DNA from: Candidatus Heimdallarchaeota archaeon
GTDB lineage: Archaea; Asgardarchaeota; Heimdallarchaeia; JABLTI01
DNA: 24,796 nucleotides
Direction of reading: 5' to 3'
Assembly: GCA_030614005.1 (NCBI GenBank)
Contig: JAUWKS010000046.1
Location: 1-24,796 of the forward strand
Below, piece by piece: positions 23,910 through 24,796 of the stretch; position 1 is the first letter of the stretch, and each line of letters starts with the position of its first letter. A program made the translations under genes and the position numbers. The notes under the pieces were generated by a model. The model searched no databases. It saw nothing but the letters and a program-made list of their open reading frames with translations, and was not told the origin of the DNA.

Positions 23910-24764
23910 TCAATTTTTCCTTCTTGCTCTACAAGTTACATCTACACATTTTGGATTGGGCATAATATCTCCAATAGTCAATTCATGATTTCTAAGGTCA
24001 TACCTAATCATTTTGCCAAAATTAGGTTCTTGGCCTTTTGTAATATTCGGGTATTTACCCTTTCCATCGCTACTAATGAGAATTTTAGTTGCTTCAACTG
24101 ACATTATTCCACCAACAATTGAAGTTAATGTACTAATCATTGGAAATTTAGGTAATGTGTCAATGAAAAATTCATCACATTTTAGCGTTACTTGATGATT
24201 CATTATTGAACGATAATAATCCTCACTCCATAAGCAAACGGCACAAGCAGTTTCGCCAGGAATATATATTTCAGCTTCTAAAAATGATCTTCCCATAGCA
24301 CCATTAACAATTGGTAATGGAGTTTCTAACATTAAATCTGCGAAGTTTAGCATATACCTTGCATAATCATTGTCCAATGCCATAATAATAAGGTCTACAT
24401 CATAAACTTCTAAGGGTGCTTCTTCTATTCTTACATCATAAGGTGTAATCTTTGTATTCGGAGCAATTTCCGGTAAACGCTTTGTTACTGCTTCAACTTT
24501 TGAAATATTTTTATGATCTTCAAGTCTGAAAAATATACAGCGATTTATGTTTGATTTACTCACTATATCGAAATCAACTAAACGAATATGACCTACACCC
24601 AGCATACCAAGATTTTTACAAACCTCATTTCCAACGGCTCCAGCACCAACACACAGGATTGTACTATCTTTTATTCGTTTGAGGTTATCTGTTCCGTAAT
24701 ATCGTCTATTACGATCTTCAAGATCATCCTCATAAAATCCTACATTTAGTGGTTTTTCAGTCAT
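23910..24764 (-). CDS. E1-like Ubl-activating enzyme (ThiF/MoeB family)
   Basis: CVGAGAVGNEVCKNLGMLG, LVDFDIVSKSNINR, SKVEAV, MALDN, zinc pairs CAVC and CVDVTC, candidate catalytic Cys in TLKCDE. Confidence 0.93.
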   Translation of the reverse strand: MTEKPLNVGFYEDDLEDRNRRYYGTDNLKRIKDSTILCVGAGAVGNEVCKNLGMLGVGHIRLVDFDIVSKSNINRCIFFRLEDHKNISKVEAVTKRLPEIAPNTKITPYDVRIEEAPLEVYDVDLIIMALDNDYARYMLNFADLMLETPLPIVNGAMGRSFLEAEIYIPGETACAVCLWSEDYYRSIMNHQVTLKCDEFFIDTLPKFPMISTLTSIVGGIMSVEATKILISSDGKGKYPNITKGQEPNFGKMIRYDLRNHELTIGDIMPNPKCVDVTCRARRKN

Positions 24765-24768
24765 TTTT

Positions 24769-24775
24769 TCACCTC
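24769..24775 (-). promoter_or_regulatory. Shine-Dalgarno site of the E1 gene
   Basis: GAGGTGA on the minus strand 4 nt before ATG 24764; similar GGTG(A) motifs precede several other genes. Confidence 0.7.
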
Positions 24776-24796
24776 TTTATCGTGCTGTATATTCAA

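Noticed and set aside
23749-23910. 53-aa ORF starting at the ATG that overlaps the E1 stop (MLTSVISINQ...)
   Set aside because: Runs 35 nt into the Ubl gene across its SD, passes through an A10 tract and has no recognisable features.
23841-23912. Selenocysteine readthrough of the E1 TGA with the downstream hairpin as SECIS
   Set aside because: Readthrough adds only CSHR before TAA, the TGA is not at a conserved Cys position, and the hairpin lacks AUGA/GA or GAA-A SECIS cores.
1823-24195. Many 60-120 aa track ORFs antisense or out of frame to longer genes (e.g. 1823-2068, 2660-3010, 2772-3107, 3824-4006, 8887-9180, 13026-13379, 22568-22915, 23500-23790)
   Set aside because: They overlap well-supported genes, show shadow-ORF composition (S/F/I/L-rich) and have no motifs.
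1-24796. CRISPR arrays, IS elements, integrases, rRNA genes
   Set aside because: No regularly spaced repeats, transposase or integrase motifs, or rRNA-like sequence seen.

Overview
AT-rich archaeal chromosomal window, very probably from an Asgard archaeon. This rests on archaeal ribosomal genes, GGTG(A) Shine-Dalgarno motifs, many TTG/GTG starts and several eukaryotic-signature proteins; lineage below Asgard cannot be set from sequence alone. Left part: end of the S19e-PDCD5-L39e-L31e operon, an ECF S-component-like gene, a UEV + Vps23/37-like ESCRT-I-type protein, sugar-nucleotide genes, a PD-(D/E)xK nuclease, a coiled-coil/wHTH protein, a degenerate NYN protein and an NADH oxidase-family flavoprotein. 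Right part: a transglutaminase-like gene with a RING-like zinc-finger gene; a histidine-themed neighbourhood (hisS, two MIO ammonia-lyases of which one carries an inserted rubredoxin, a tRNA-His(GUG)-like element with an abnormal 5' half, a secreted superoxide-reductase-like protein); and a compact E1 - Ubl(-VG) - E2 - small-protein operon. Best candidate for an undescribed system: this ubiquitin-like conjugation operon together with dispersed partners (E2, coupled small protein, zinc finger, transglutaminase, UEV) that share a repeated SIM-like [IV]-[KR]-[IV]-[ILV] motif in Lys-rich tails or linkers. All family calls come from motif recognition by eye, not database searches.
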